NCBI GenBank assembly: GCA_030390025.1 | Contig: CM059435.1 | Location: forward strand, 97,774,001 to 97,838,000 | Length of the DNA stretch: 64,000 nucleotides | From: Squalus acanthias | Taxonomy: Eukaryota | Direction of reading: 5' to 3' | Part shown: positions 11,255-24,795 of the stretch, piece by piece | Position numbering within the stretch: the stretch's first letter is position 1 | How the letters are laid out: each line of letters begins with the position of its first letter | Notes under the pieces: model-generated | Database searches by the model: none | Told to the model about the DNA's origin: nothing | What the model saw: only the letters and a program-made list of their open reading frames with translations | Position numbers and translations under genes: made by a program

Positions 11255-13002
11255 GGCCGGAATTTTCTTTACCTTGGCAGGTCCGGTGCAGACGGTGGCC
11301 GTGTTGGGTCCTGAGCCCATTGCTACCTTCATCCTGCTGTTGAAAATGAACTTACCTTAATGGGGCCTATTAAGTCCGCCCAGTGCATTACCCAGCCCAA
11401 TGAGATGGAGCGGGTCTGGTGACATCATTCATGACGCGTTTTCAGTCGGGATCTTTAAAGGGACCATGGCCACATTACATTTGAAATTTCATCTAACATA
11501 GTGCTGTCCGTGCACTACAGCATTGGAGTGCTGCAAACAGTGACTGCGCAGAGGCAGAGGGCTGCACCCAGGCTCTCCCATGACTCCCTCCATATGCTTA
11601 TGGAGGCAGTCAGAGCACGCAGGGAGGTCTCTTCCCTTTCGATGGGCGGAAGAGACCTCCCCAGGAGACCAAGACAGCCTGGTTGCAGATTGCAGAGGAG
11701 GTCACAAGCAGGGATGTGTTCAGGAGGACCTGGGTGCAGTGCCGCAAACGTTTCAATGATCTCATTAGATCAGAAAACGTTAGTACAAAATCAAACTCAA
11801 CTGCATCCTGCTGTGCCTCTCATCACATTCCCATCACTCTGCCTTCCCTACCCTACTCCTGCTCATCCTTACACCAACATACCTTGCACCTCCACCCATC
11901 CCTCTCTCTATCTACATTATCACATCCTCATCTCACTAGCCACCCCTCACACTCACCCTCATCCTAGTGCAATCGTACCAACTAACAACACACAAGGGTA
12001 GCCACTTGGGTGTTTTATCCAATGTTTATGTAAAGTTTCTGTTTATGTGGTGTCAAACATAAAAATCTTTATTTTCAACACTTTGCGTTCTTGGACAGAT
12101 TTGTGTGCACCTTTGGAAGTAGCTTAGTGAGTTGCAGTGAATGGTGAGACATAACGGTACCCTCCGCAATGGTGATGAGTGTGAAAGGAATGGCTTGGGC
12201 ATTGTAGGGATGCTTTAGGGTGCTGGTGTGGGGTGGTGCCAACCTGGCGCATCATAAGGCAGCCATATGGGTGTACAGTGTAAAGTTAACTAAATCTGGC
12301 CATAATGAGGCCATCCCTGGCCTCCCGGACAGCAATGTGGTCAGGTGCTGATGCCCTGTGTCCTGTGCAGCATCAGGTGATTGCGGAGAAGGTTGGTGTT
12401 GTTGGGGTGCATCGTGGTCCGATTCTGTGGACCAAGGAGAGATGTATAAATGGCACCCATGTTGATGGAATAGATGGCAGGTGAAGTACAGATGACAGAA
12501 GCATTCTGCCATTAGCGAGGGAGTTCTTCTAATGAGGTGACACTGGATGGAGACTTTGCTGGTAACACTTGCAGCCTGCAGAATCTGTGCTGGAAATGGA
12601 CTGAGCAACAGCTTCTGCCTGAGGAAAGTGATCATCTGTCAGGTGGGAGCTTTTATTGTACATTTCATGCTGTCAAGTAATCAGCTGGAGCAATGGTCAC
12701 GGAACTCCCGCCTTAGGTTGACAGACGTGGTTCCCGAGCTGCGTGAATCCTGTGGCCTATGCAGGGAAATTTAAAAAGTAAGTGAAAACAGGCTCTTAAG
12801 TGCCTGTAAACTACAGGATAATCATCTCAATTGGGTCCCCCGCCGCTGCTAGTCGGGTCGGCTCCGCGATGACAGACGCGCCTGGGGGAAAGGCGCGTGG
12901 GAGCAAGATGACAGCGGGTTCCCAACCTGCGGTCAAAAATAACAGCTTTCCCACCCAACCCACCACCAATCTCGCCCGCTACCACCCCGGAAAATTCCGG
13001 CC
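11255..13002 (+). mobile_element. Non-autonomous Harbinger element, copy B
   Basis: Perfect 13-bp TIR GGCCGGAATTTTC / GAAAATTCCGGCC; TSD CTA (11252-54, 13003-05). Myb-like RAAPRLSHDSL...RTWVQCRKRFNDL. Confidence 0.92.
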
Positions 13003-13844
13003 CTAGAAATTGCTGTCAAACTAACAAAGGGAAATAACTGCCAGTATCAATCAACTTGGTGTTGTGTACAAGTCATCAACATCATTTGTTACTAATTCAG
13101 TATTTTGTTCTACAGTCACAACTCTGAAATAGACCGTTTTCTAGTGATACTGTAGCTTTATTTGGTGTAAGATGCTTTGCTGCAGTGGGGGATGGACAGA
13201 GCAGTAAAGCACAACAGCTGATTTCCATTGCACCCAAACTACTGCACAAGCACACAGCACTAGGCAATAACATGAAGTCGAAAATGTAGCACTGCCATCC
13301 ATCATTTTAATGAGAACAAAAGTGATTTTAATTCAATATGTGATGCTGAAAACATGAAAATTAAAATTAAATAAAAAAAACTGCAGAAACAAATTAACAC
13401 TTCTTACAAATGGCATTCAAAAACCGTAAAGTTCAATTTCTATCAGGTCTTCTATTTTTAACATAATTGCAGACTTCTTTAAATTTTTGTTTGTGGGAAT
13501 TTTGATTTCATTAAGTTGAAGGATGGTAATTCTGGGGGATTTAACAATATTTTCCTAATTGCAGGACGAAGCTCTCTTTGGTTAGGTATGAGATAGGTTT
13601 GAACTGGAAGCTTCTTGATCTGTTGCCATTGTGACATTTGCTATTTTCAATACCATTTATCTTTAAGCCTTTTATGAGTGAAATTAAATAACTGCTGGCA
13701 TGGACTCAAATCGCTGAAACTGATAAGATTCATGAAATTTGTCACAATAGACAAGTTTTATTATTACTTTTGTTTTATGCTTCCTCTGCAGAACCAAGAT
13801 TACTCTGGAAAATCCTATGATCTTACCTGCAAAATATAAGAACT

Positions 13845-14205
13845 GAAGACTGTGTTCAAAATTATGAAGGGTTTTGATAGAGTACATAAAAAGAAACTGT
13901 TTTCACAGACAGGAGGGTCGGTAACCAGAGAACACAGATTTAAGCAAAAGAGCCAGAGGGGAGATGAGGAGAATTTTATTTATGCAGCGAGTTGTTATGA
14001 TTTGGAATGCACTGCCTGAAAGGGTGGTGGAAGCAGATTCAATAGTAACTTTCAAAGGGGAATTGGATAAATACTTGAAAAGGAATATTTGCAGGGCTAT
14101 GGGGAAAGGACAGGGGAGTGCAACTAATTGGATAGTTCTTTCAAAGAGACGGCCTGATGGGCTGAATAGCCGCCATCTGTGTTGTACGAATCTATGGTTC
14201 TATGG
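13845..14205 (+). mobile_element. CR1 3' fragment
   Basis: QRVVMIWNALPERVVEADSIVTFKGELDKYL; tail TCTATGGTTCTATG. Confidence 0.85.
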
Positions 14206-15307
14206 TAAGACAAGGGTTAAGCTAAAAGATAATTGGTAGTGCACCATGATCTAAAATTGATAAAGTTATCAGTAAAATAAATTGCATGCGCTCCATTATG
14301 CTTTCCATATTATACGACATGAAATGTTGAGCATTTTGTTCACCAGCTACTTTTTAGTCAAAACTGTGGAAGGAAGAAACAAATATAGCTTCCCAGAGGT
14401 ATATTCAGAAAACATTATGAAAATAGGAAGAACTTGATGTGCCAAAAAAATTTAAAAGAACAATGATGAGAAGCTGATGTTGATTTGGAACTTATGAGAT
14501 GAGACATCAATGAAAATAAATCACTACAGAAAAGCCTGCTGTGCAAGTACTGTATATATCAGCTTAAGTGCATGGTAGCTGCAAGAAAATTTATAGTCTG
14601 GCAGTGAGTTATTAGTTTTCAAAGAAGGCATCTGCTAAATGTTGTAAAGTAATCCCAGGGGTCCTTGTATTATTTTTGGTCCTACATGACTGCTGACCTG
14701 CCATTCAACTTCAGTCACCCATAAAACTTTTAATCTCCATCATGCTGAAGCTTTACCTGACGAGAAATATAAGGAGTATAATTCTGATCCTTGGGACTGT
14801 GGTTCTGACATACAGTACTTGCTTCTGCTTGTTCTTTGTGGCTAGAACAGATTGCTTGTCATTACAAAAGTAAATCAATACTAGTTGATTTCCCATGTTG
14901 TTGCTCATGGACAGGGGGGAGAGCAGATTCAAGATGGGTGGAGGAAGTTAGGGCGTGGGTAGGCAGGAGTAAAACAAAATGATGAAAAGGGAAGGGCACA
15001 AAAATCAACTTAGAACTAGAACCCTAAATAATAAAAGTAGAAAATCGAAATGATTTCCTGTGGGGTTCTATTTGGTCCTATGTCATGGATCGGTCAGCAA
15101 TAGCTTAGGCTAATTACAGACACACTAACATACAATATTACAGGTACAAGATTTTGGATACTATAGCTATGGCGGTGAAACAAACTTTATGAATATTTTA
15201 TTTAGAATAAAATAAAATTCTTAACTTTTTTTCAATACAGGAGTTTCCTGCACTACATTGACACAAATTCCAAAATATTAAAGCAAACTGATTTTATTTT
15301 AGGTTTT

Positions 15308-15842
15308 ACAACAACAACAACAATTTGTATTTATATAGCGCCTTTAACGTAGTAAAACGTCCCAAGGTGCTTCACAGGAGTATTTTAAGACAAAAGATTT
15401 GACACCGAGCCACATAAGGATAAATTAGGGCAGGTGACCAAAAGCATGGTCAAAGAGGTAGGTTTTAAGGAGCGTCTTAAAGGAGGAAAGAGAGGTAGTG
15501 TGGCGGAGAGGTTTAGGCAGGGAATTCCAGAGCTTAGGGCCTAGGCAACAGAAGGCACAGCCACCAATGGTTGAGCGGTTATAATCAGGGATGCTCAAGA
15601 GGGCAGAATTAGAGGAGTGCAGATATCTCGGGAGGTTGTGGGGCTGAAGGAGATTACAGAGATAGGGAGGGGCGAGGCCATGGAGGGATTTGAAAACAAG
15701 GATGAGAATTTTGAAATCGAGGCGTTGCTTAACCGGGAGCCAATGTAGGTCAGCGAGCATGGGGGGAGGGGTGAACGGGACTTGGTACAAGTTAGGACAC
15801 GGACAGCCAAGTTTTGGATGACCTCAAGTTTACGTAGGATGG
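15308..15842 (-). mobile_element. L2 LINE 3' fragment
   Basis: LHWLPVKQRLDFKIL...FKTLLKTYLF; (TTG)n tail after GGCGCTATATAAAT. Confidence 0.9.
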
Positions 15843-16924
15843 AATCAGAATTTAAAAAAAAATTGTTATAGCAGAAAATGAAAAGCAATTTCAAGTATCA
15901 TTATGTAGATCTCCAATCTTAAGTTTAGCAAAACCCATGTCAAATTTTAAGAAACATCCAATTTCCCATCTAATTGTACCTTTTTAAAATATGATTAGAC
16001 TAGCTTTGATAACTTCTCAGAAATTTGTTTTCGCAATAAGGTGATGTAGATGTTTTCAACACACATTGTAAAAGTTGTATTAAATTTCCTGTGTTCAGAT
16101 TCGCTGAAAGAGAATTGTATGTTGCTACTGCCTCACTGGAGCTCCATATTTTTAGTAAGGACATAGTAAATTAAGTAAAACGATTACTGGTTTGCAATAT
16201 TGATACACAATATTTTCCACTACAAAATATACTACTTAGGTCTGTATCATGAGTACAATGTATTTGAAAGCAATTGCAAACAGAACATGATAAACAGAGG
16301 AATGAAAAATGAAAAATACACCGTTTGGACATTGCCTTGTTTGAAGTGCTCTCTAGTTTGCATTGTCCTTTGAGTGAAATTTTTCCTTACTTTATAGCTT
16401 GAACAACCTGTCAGCTGTACTTCTATGTACTATTTATCTTTTTTTTTAAATGATGTAAATTGAAAACATCTCAGGATTTCAAATGTTTTTTGAGCCCATT
16501 TTGAAGTTAATTTTTTCCCCTTCCATTGGGGCCCCTCCCATGTCATGTACTACCCCTCAATTGTGAGGATGAGCAGCCAAACTGATTCCACTGCTACTCC
16601 AGTGCTGATGTGCTAAAGATGCATGAGAGCACCCCAGGGTGACTCTGCTTCGATTTCCACACTTCCATCGAGGAGATTACCTGAATTCTACTTCACGGCT
16701 TCTCCTATCGACAGATCAAGATCTGGAATTTGTTGCATCGACAATAATTAGCACATACCTGCATGCTGCCACTCCGTGACATTTTCTTTTCCATTGGTGG
16801 TTCTGTCAGCTTCTCAGTTCTTCACTCAAGTGGCCATTCATAGTCATCCAAGTGACACTGGACAATGAGTGCCAGGGGACTATTCGGCTGTGGAAGCCAT
16901 CACCGTCGAGTTTGACTGTGTCAG

Positions 16925-17150
16925 CAACAAGTTGCAATTATATCATGCCTTTAATGAAAAGCATCTCAAGGTGCTTCGCAGAGGCTTAAGTAAAAAAATG
17001 GACGCCAAGCCAAAGAAGGACATATTAGGAGGGGTATGCAAAAGCTTGGTCAAAGTGATGGATATTAAAGAAGAGAGAGGGGTGGAGAAGCAGAGGCCTA
17101 AGCAGCTGAAGGACAACCACCAATAGTGGGAGAAAGGAAGTTGTGACACA
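16925..17150 (-). mobile_element. Old L2 3' fragment
   Basis: Degenerate version of the 15308 tail. Confidence 0.6.
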
Positions 17151-17444
17151 CAAGAGGCTGCGGGTTTTTTAGGCTCAGTTCATCTTGGTTTTAATCGCAT
17201 ATTTAATTGATGCAAATAATGCATCCATTTCATTCAAGTTTATTTTATTACTGATGATATTATTCTAAAAACAACCCAGCATAAAAACCCCATGTCCTTA
17301 TTTCTAGATTTATATTGTTGGTCCCTCTTTATAGTTTCATGCTCATTTACATGGAATTATACATTGGTTCAGATGGGGTTTACCCAAAGTTATTTGAAAA
17401 TAAAACATGTAACATTATGCAATGTAAAATAGAATGTAGGGGGA

Positions 17445-18620
17445 TTTTTTTTAATTAATTCATGGGATGTGGGCATCGCTGTCAATGCCAGCATTTATTG
17501 CTCATTCCTAATTGCTCTTGAGAAGGTGATGGTGAGCCGCCTTCTTGAACCGCTGCAATCCGTGTGGTGAAGGTACTCCCACAGTGCTGTTAGGGAGGGA
17601 GTTCCAGGATTTTGACCCAGCGACGCTGAAGGAACGCCAATATATTTCCAAGTCAGGATGGTGTGTGACTTGGAGGGGAACTTGGAGGTGATGGTGTTTC
17701 CATGCGCCTGCTGCCCTTGTCCTGCTAGGTGGTAGAGGTCGTGGGTTTGAGAGGTGCTGCCGAAGAAGCCTTGGCGAGTTGCTGCAGTGCATCTTGTAGA
17801 TGGTACATACTGCAGACACAGTGCACCGGTGGTGGAGGGAATGAATGTTTAAGGTGGTGGATGGGGTGCCAATCAAGCGGCTGTTTTGTCCTGGATGGTA
17901 TCGAGCTTCTTGAGTGTTGTTGGAGCTTCACTCATCCAGGCAAGTGGAGAGGTGGAAAAGGCTTTGGGGAGTCAGGAGGTGAATCATATGCTGCAAAATA
18001 CCCAACTTCTGACCTGCTCTTGTAGCCACAGTATTTATGTGGCTGATCCAGTTAGGTTTCTGGTAATGGTGACCCCCCAGGATGTTGATGGTGAGGGTTT
18101 CGACGATGGTAGTACCATTGAATTTCAAGGGGAGGTGGTTAGACTCTCTCTTGTGGGAGATCGTCATTGCCTGGCATTAGAGTGGCATGAATGTTACTTG
18201 CCACTTATCAGCCTAAGCCTGAATGTTGTCCAGGTCTTGCTGCCTGCGGGCATAGACTGCTTCATTATCTGAGGAGTTGCGAATGGAACTGAACACAGTG
18301 CAATCATCAGCGAATATCTCCACTTCTGACCTTATGATGGTGGGAAGGTCATTGATGAAGCAGCTGAAGATGGTTGTCCTGAGGAACTCCTGCAGCGATG
18401 TCCTGGGGCTGAGATGATTGGACTCCAACAACCACAACCATCTTCCTTTGTGCTAGGTATGACTCCAGCCAGTGGAGAGTTTTCCCACTGATTCCCATTG
18501 ACTTCAATTTTACTAGGGCTTCTTGATGCAACACTCGATCAGATGCTGCCTTAATGTCAAGGGCAGTCACTCTCACCTCACCTCTGGAATTCAGCTCTTT
18601 TGTCCATGTTTGGACCAAGT
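17445..18620 (-). mobile_element. 5'-truncated copy 4 of the tRNA-headed LINE family
   Basis: ALDIKAA, FINDLP, FADD and LHHRCTV motifs; same 3' end. Confidence 0.9.
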
Positions 18621-19229
18621 CTGTATTTCCTGGGGTTTACTTTTGTTACACGTAATTGATTCCTTTTTTGTCCCCAGTACTTTTTCTCAGGTATCATTGC
18701 ACCCAGACTCCCATTTCCTTCTTCTGCTTTGGGTTTCCAGGCACCTTTCCCTTTTATGCATATAATTACTTTATTACAGATGGACAAATTTAACCTTATC
18801 CTGTTAAATAAACTGGATCTCTGTACTGTTAATATAACAGTGTGCCAAGCAATTTAACAGGCAATATAAAGATTTTTTTCGGAAACATTGTTATTGGGCA
18901 GGATGGTGACATTATTTATAAATTGTTTTTAGCTGCAAAATAAATTATTTGGATGGAATGGTAAACTGTACGTGTTTCTGCCTTATCCTGCAATTAAGTC
19001 TGAAAATAGGCTTTACAGGTCCTGCACAGAGAAATACAAGTTACGCTCCTTCCTTATTAATTTTTGTACCTTGTATATAATTGATTCCTATCCATTTACT
19101 ACTATCAATAACTTCAAATCTTACTTACATTCAAATATATATGCTACAGGTATCCAGTAATTTGCCATTTAGGAAACCAAAAAGACTGTCTACCTTCATC
19201 ACTATGTAACACTGTATCAAAATCTTTAT

Positions 19230-19405
19230 CAGGAAAATTTAGAGACCTCCACTTTGGCAGTTGATGCTAGGTCAATTGTTAATCTATAAATCTCAGATTT
19301 AAAATTTTTGTTAACCAACGGTATTAAGGGATATGGGGTCAGCCATGATCTCATTGAATGGCGGAACAGTCTCAAGGGGCTAAATGGCCTACTCCTGTTC
19401 CCTTC
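19230..19405 (+). mobile_element. CR1 3' tail fragment
   Basis: AAGGGATATGGG...CAGCCATGATCTCATTGAATGGCGG...AATGGCCTACTCCTG, as in the CR1 tail at 60680-60790. Confidence 0.75.
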
Positions 19406-19419
19406 TTCCAAGAGTCTTT

Positions 19420-20055
19420 GGGGGAAAAATTGGGTTGCTTTGAGCCTCCCGTTAGCAACGGGGCGCAAGTCACCTAGCGCCCGGGCGTGGCGCCGCTAAC
19501 GCCTCCCGCGAAATTCAGCGGGAGGTTAGCGGTAGCCGGTAGCGCTGCGCCTCCGGCGATTACGTCATCGCATGCACAACGCCCCGGCTGCAAACTTTGC
19601 TCGCGCCCCCTGACCTACCACGAGACGATATGTCCGGCAGGGTCAGGGTGCTATTTTTGCGGCCGCAGCCGCGCAAATTAAAGGGCAGGTGCCCTTTCGC
19701 CTCCTCATGTGGGGATGCCGGCCGCGATCGGTCCTCTTGAGTGCCGGGCTCTTTTCCCGGTACCCCGCTCCCCGGTGGTCCAGCAGGGCCCTGGTGCATG
19801 CTGCACTAGGCCCCTCCCCTTTAATCAGGGGAGGGAGGCCTGTAATACCGCAGCGCTACGTACCGACTTGCGGGGCGCTGTTGTACGTAGCGCCGCGATA
19901 TTGAATGGTAGCACCCCAAGAGGGAGGGGGAGCGCTTCCAGTAGCGCCCCGCCTCCTGCTTGTGGTGCTACCATTCAGTTTACGGCGCGAGGGTGCTAAC
20001 TTTTTCGGGGCGCTAAAAGTAGCACCCCGGCGAAGTTAGCGCCCAAAAGGGGGTA
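19420..20055. mobile_element. CpG-rich Harbinger MITE related to the 36286/37793 MITEs; right TIR lost
   Basis: Starts GGGGGAAAAATT...GCCTCCCGTTAGC like 37793; many TAGCGCC/GGCGCTA subterminal motifs. Confidence 0.7.
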
Positions 20056-23043
20056 AACAGCGGACTGCGTTGAAAACACCAAGGCTAAACAAAGCCTCCA
20101 GTTATAGAACAACTCGTTTTCCCCTTCTTGAAAATGGATTTTGTTTTTGAATTGTTAATTACAGTATGTTCAAAATATAACAGAACTCCACTATTTCAGC
20201 TGATATTTATTAGTCAGTAGTACTTCCACAATTAATTGGCGTTTAAAAAATTAATCTCCACAAAATATTAACATGTTAATCGCAGAAGTTAACTGAGATT
20301 AATTGACACCCCTACTTATAATGTGAGCCTCGTTTGCAGAACCGTGACATTTTTTGTAAACCAATTAGTCTTCAGTTTGAGCTTGTATTCCTGATTAGCT
20401 CCTACAGTGCCTCATCTAACTTCTGTGTTTTTCTGAATTAATGATGTGAAATTATATCTACGTTTCAAAATCTGTAGAATATTAATATTGTAAACATGCT
20501 GGAGGCAGTTTTTGTCTTATTATTACACACTGTTTTTGCCCAGATGTGTGATTTGACCCAATCCAGATTGCCCAGAAACTAGGGGACAGTGGGGTGGGGC
20601 GGAGATTTCCAGGTCGCCAGAGCTCCCATCTGAAACAGATGGGACCTTCCGTTACATACTGAAAGGGAGGCGAGGAAGAGCACCACCCTATTTTCCAGCC
20701 TGCAGGATGCCAGATGCCGAGCTCCGAGCGTGCCTGTGGAAACCTGGCAGACCTGCAGGTGGGTGGGCCTTCTGAAGAACCGTCCAGCATAACAGTTAAA
20801 GGCCCATAGATTAAAACAGTATGTGTTTTTCAGGGCTTTTAAAGGCCTTTCTTGTATTTTATTTACTGCAAGCACTTAGGTTTCCCTGAGTCTTTGTGCA
20901 AGTTGTCATTTATTTATTACCCCACCACCCCGCTCTATTGGCACCAGAGAGTTTGCCAATAGGGATCCCCTGAGCTGAGGAAGAGTACAGAGGGTGCCAG
21001 GCATCTCAGGCTGCCCAAGAGTTGCTGCATGCCTTCCCATCCACATCTACACCACCACATTTGCAAAGAGAGGTAACATGCCTTGCTTCGACAGACATTG
21101 TGCTGGTTGGGACTTTTCTTCCCAAAGCAGACCTCCCCCAGTGGCTTCACTTCAAGACATGAATGCCTCACTAACTGTTACGCTGGAAGGTTCTTCAGAA
21201 GCTTCCAATCACAGCATGCCATGCTTTACATATTACTACCTGAAGGAAAGCCTGTCACGGTGTTCAGGAGCCAGTGTTACCTGTTTGGCTGTACCTGCCA
21301 AGATGCCATCAATCATTTCTGCAGGCCCAAGAAAACAACCTGGGAATGACCGTGACAACCTGCCTTCTCACGGCCTGGGTCATCAAAGGGGCATGTGTTC
21401 AGCTGTGCCATCTGCTGCAAGAATACTTGTGGCTGCCATGCAGCATAGATCTTGCCGTGTGCACAAGGACAGCAATGGTCAGCTGTGGCCTGAAACCTGA
21501 CTGCACCTACTTGCAGGCATGCTGCAGTGCTGACTAATAGGATAATGCCGTAGAGTGGCACTGAGGGCAACCCTACTTGTGAGCATCTCATGCCGCGCCA
21601 CTTAGAATTCAACAGCCCTCAAAGAGGAGGACGGGCGCTGGGTTGTGCCATCATTTGTCTTTCTGAATTTTAATCCCTTTCCTTTAATTGTCCCCTTCTC
21701 TTTAAACTTGATTTGCAAAGGATTTTCCTCTCATACCAGCAGCATAATCCCTGGACCCATCTGAGTATGCAGCAGGAGATGTGAGTAATTATGCAAATAG
21801 GTTTAGACTAGAGCATTGAGTGTCATTTGCACTTGTAGTTCAAGCAGTCTTAAGGCAGTACAAACTAAATGAGAACAGACTTACACCTGAAGGTGAAAAC
21901 TGGTCCCATTTTATTTGCTACTTTTAATGCAAAAATATAGCAATATTCTCTCTAAAGTTTTTGAATTTGTGGCTATGGTTAGTCTAAATGCCAATACAAG
22001 GTGTTTTTCTTTTTTTTCAAATTCCTTTTATTTTGAATTCCTTTAACCTAAATACATCTTACAAGGTTACTGTACAATTTATAACACAGTACAGTACTTA
22101 GAGGTCTGCATTGTTACATAGTGGGATGCATTGGGTGGTCAGTACATTGTGCACACATGAGCACAGTGCATTGGTGGAGGATCAGGCCTATTTGGCAGTG
22201 GTTCCTGTGATTTGTTCCATTCAGGGGGTATGAAGGATCTTCCAGATGGCCCTGTGGTGTTGTGACATTTAGTGAGATATTCTGCATTTTCATTGCCCAT
22301 GTTTGGGATGTTTCTGGATGGCCTGGAGCAGGAAATATGTTAGGGAGCCATTCCACCAAGATCCCAACCTCTTGTGGAAATGATGGCAGGCATTGAACGC
22401 ACATGCACACTTTAGGGTGGGCCAATGCAAATTGTAGATTAACGATGAGAAAACAACATCTAACATATTTGCTGTCTTCAACAACTTAGCAGTGCTGGGC
22501 ATCAGGAATATTGCTCTGTTCCTTGCATCCAGCAACAGAGGAGGGTTTCAAAAATGAAAGGGTTGCCTTGCTTAGCGATCAATTGCAGTAGGCAGTGCAG
22601 GGTATTTAAAATATTTTTTTAAGAAACATTCTTGTCAGCCGACCCCTGCTGAAGCAGGCAATCTGGCAGTGGAGGAAATAACACTGGACAGGAAAATCTA
22701 GGCTTTTGTCTTTTGTGGAGCAGTTCAGACAGCATTGTTAGTTTGTGACTTTGTTCTGAATTTCTTGAGGGATGGACTGAGTATGTGTAGGCTGTGGGTG
22801 AGTCAGATAGGCTTGCAGGAATGGGCTCAAGACTGCTTCATATTTCATGAGTTCTTTACATCGTCCTCTCCACTAGTATATTTCCCAACAGTGTTTCATC
22901 CATGTGTTTTTAATGGGGAGGGTTGTGAATCATCACAGTTGGGGTCTTGCAGGTAGCAGTAACATTTGCACTAGCCTATGTATTACAGGGCGAATTTTCT
23001 CCTTAGCCGGTAGGCCTAGCAGGCTCAGATCAACCAGGATTAT

Positions 23044-24795
23044 AGGGGGAATTTTTCAGGGGGTCAGTGGGTGCATTCGGTGGCAGGTCGAGTGGGGAAA
23101 CTTTTTTTTGACAGCGGGTCAGGAACCCACTGTCAACCCGCTGCCAAGCGACTTTCGCAGATGTTGGTTCTGTCAGGGCCGAACAGACCCGACATGCAGC
23201 GGCAGGGGAGGCAATTCAGGTCATTATGACCTTGTTAACAGCCCATTAAAAAGTATTTTGAGCTCACCTTACCATTTTACGAGGTCGTCCATGCTGCTTG
23301 GGGATCACGTCAGGTAAGGAGGTCGGGAGTTGTATGACCATGGGATCATCTCATTACTTGACAGCTGCAAATGTGCTATAAAAGCTCCCATCTCACAGCT
23401 GTTCACTTTCTAAGCTCAGAAGCTGTTGCTTACCGCATTTGGAAGACAGATTGAGCTTTATGCAGCTTGCAAGTGTTTGGAGCAAACTCTCTATCCAGTG
23501 TCACCTCATTGGAACAACCTCTCTCATTGCTTCTGTCATCTCAAGTTCACCTGCCATATATTACATCAGCATCGGTGCCCTTTAAACTATCTCACCTTGG
23601 TCCTCAGAATCCCACCACGATCAGCCCCAACACCAGCAGCACCAGGCACACCAGCTGCACCAATAACAACACCAACCTTCTCTGCAATCAACTGACGCTG
23701 CACAGGACACAGGGCATCAGCACCCGACCACATTGCTGCCCGGGAGCCAGGGATGGCCTCACCATGGCCAGAGTTACTTCACTTGACGCTATACACCCTG
23801 GCTGCTACATAACGTGGCAGGTTGGCACCACCCCACACCAACACCATAAAGCATCCCTACAATGCCCAAGCCATTCCTTTCACACTCATCACCATTGCGG
23901 GGGGTACCGTTATGTCTCACCATTCACTGCAGCTCACTAAGCCACTTCCAAAGGTGCACACAAATCTGTCCAAGAATGCAAAGTGTTGAAAATAAAGGTT
24001 TCAATGTTTGACACCACATTAACAGAAACTTTACATGAACATTGCATAAAACACCCAAGTGCCTACCCTTGTGTGTTGTTAGTTGGTATGATTGGACAAG
24101 GATGAGGGTGAGTGTGAGGGGTGGCTAGTGAGATGGGGAAGTGATAATGTAGGTAGAGAGGGATGGGTGGAAGAGCAAGGTAAGTTGGTGTGAGTAAGGA
24201 TGTGCAGGACTAGTGTAGGGAAGGCAGAATGATGGGGATGTGATGAGTGGCACAGCAGGATGAGGTTGAGTGTGGCTTTTAAGTAACGTTTCGTGAGCTA
24301 CTGAGATCATTGGACGGTTTGCGCCACTGCAGCCTGGTCCTCCTGACGACATCCCTGCTCATGTCCTCATGTGCAACCAGGCTGCGTTGGTCTCCTGGGG
24401 AGGTATCTTCCACCCATGGGAAGGGAAGAGAACCTCCCTGTGTGCTGTGACTCATAAGCATATGGAGGGAGTTATGGGAGAGCCTGGGTGCAGCCGTGCA
24501 CCTCTGTGCAGTACTCGTCAGTGTTTGCAGCACCTCAATGCTGTAGAACACTGACAGCACAACTGTCAAAATCAATTTGCGCATGGTCCCTTTAAGGAAA
24601 CCGGCTGATGACGCGTCATCAAATGACGTCATCAGACCCGCTTCCTTCAATTGGCCGGCAAACGTGCTGGGCGGGCTTACCAAGCCCAATCAACATAAAA
24701 TCATTCTACAAAGCGGGCTGGAGCCAGCAGCAAGGTCGGGACCTGCCACCGACGCTGCCCGCCACAGACCCGCCGAGGTTGGGGAAATTGCGACC
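23044..24795 (-). mobile_element. Non-autonomous Harbinger element, copy C (inverted relative to A, B, D)
   Basis: Collinear reverse complement of copy A; flanked by TAT (23041-43, 24796-98); TIRs degenerate. Confidence 0.85.

Noticed and set aside
19420-20055. CpG island or host promoter
   Set aside because: Explained by a young GC-rich MITE.
22114-22600. Highly decayed transposase on the minus strand
   Set aside because: Only faint motif echoes; cannot be supported without a profile search.
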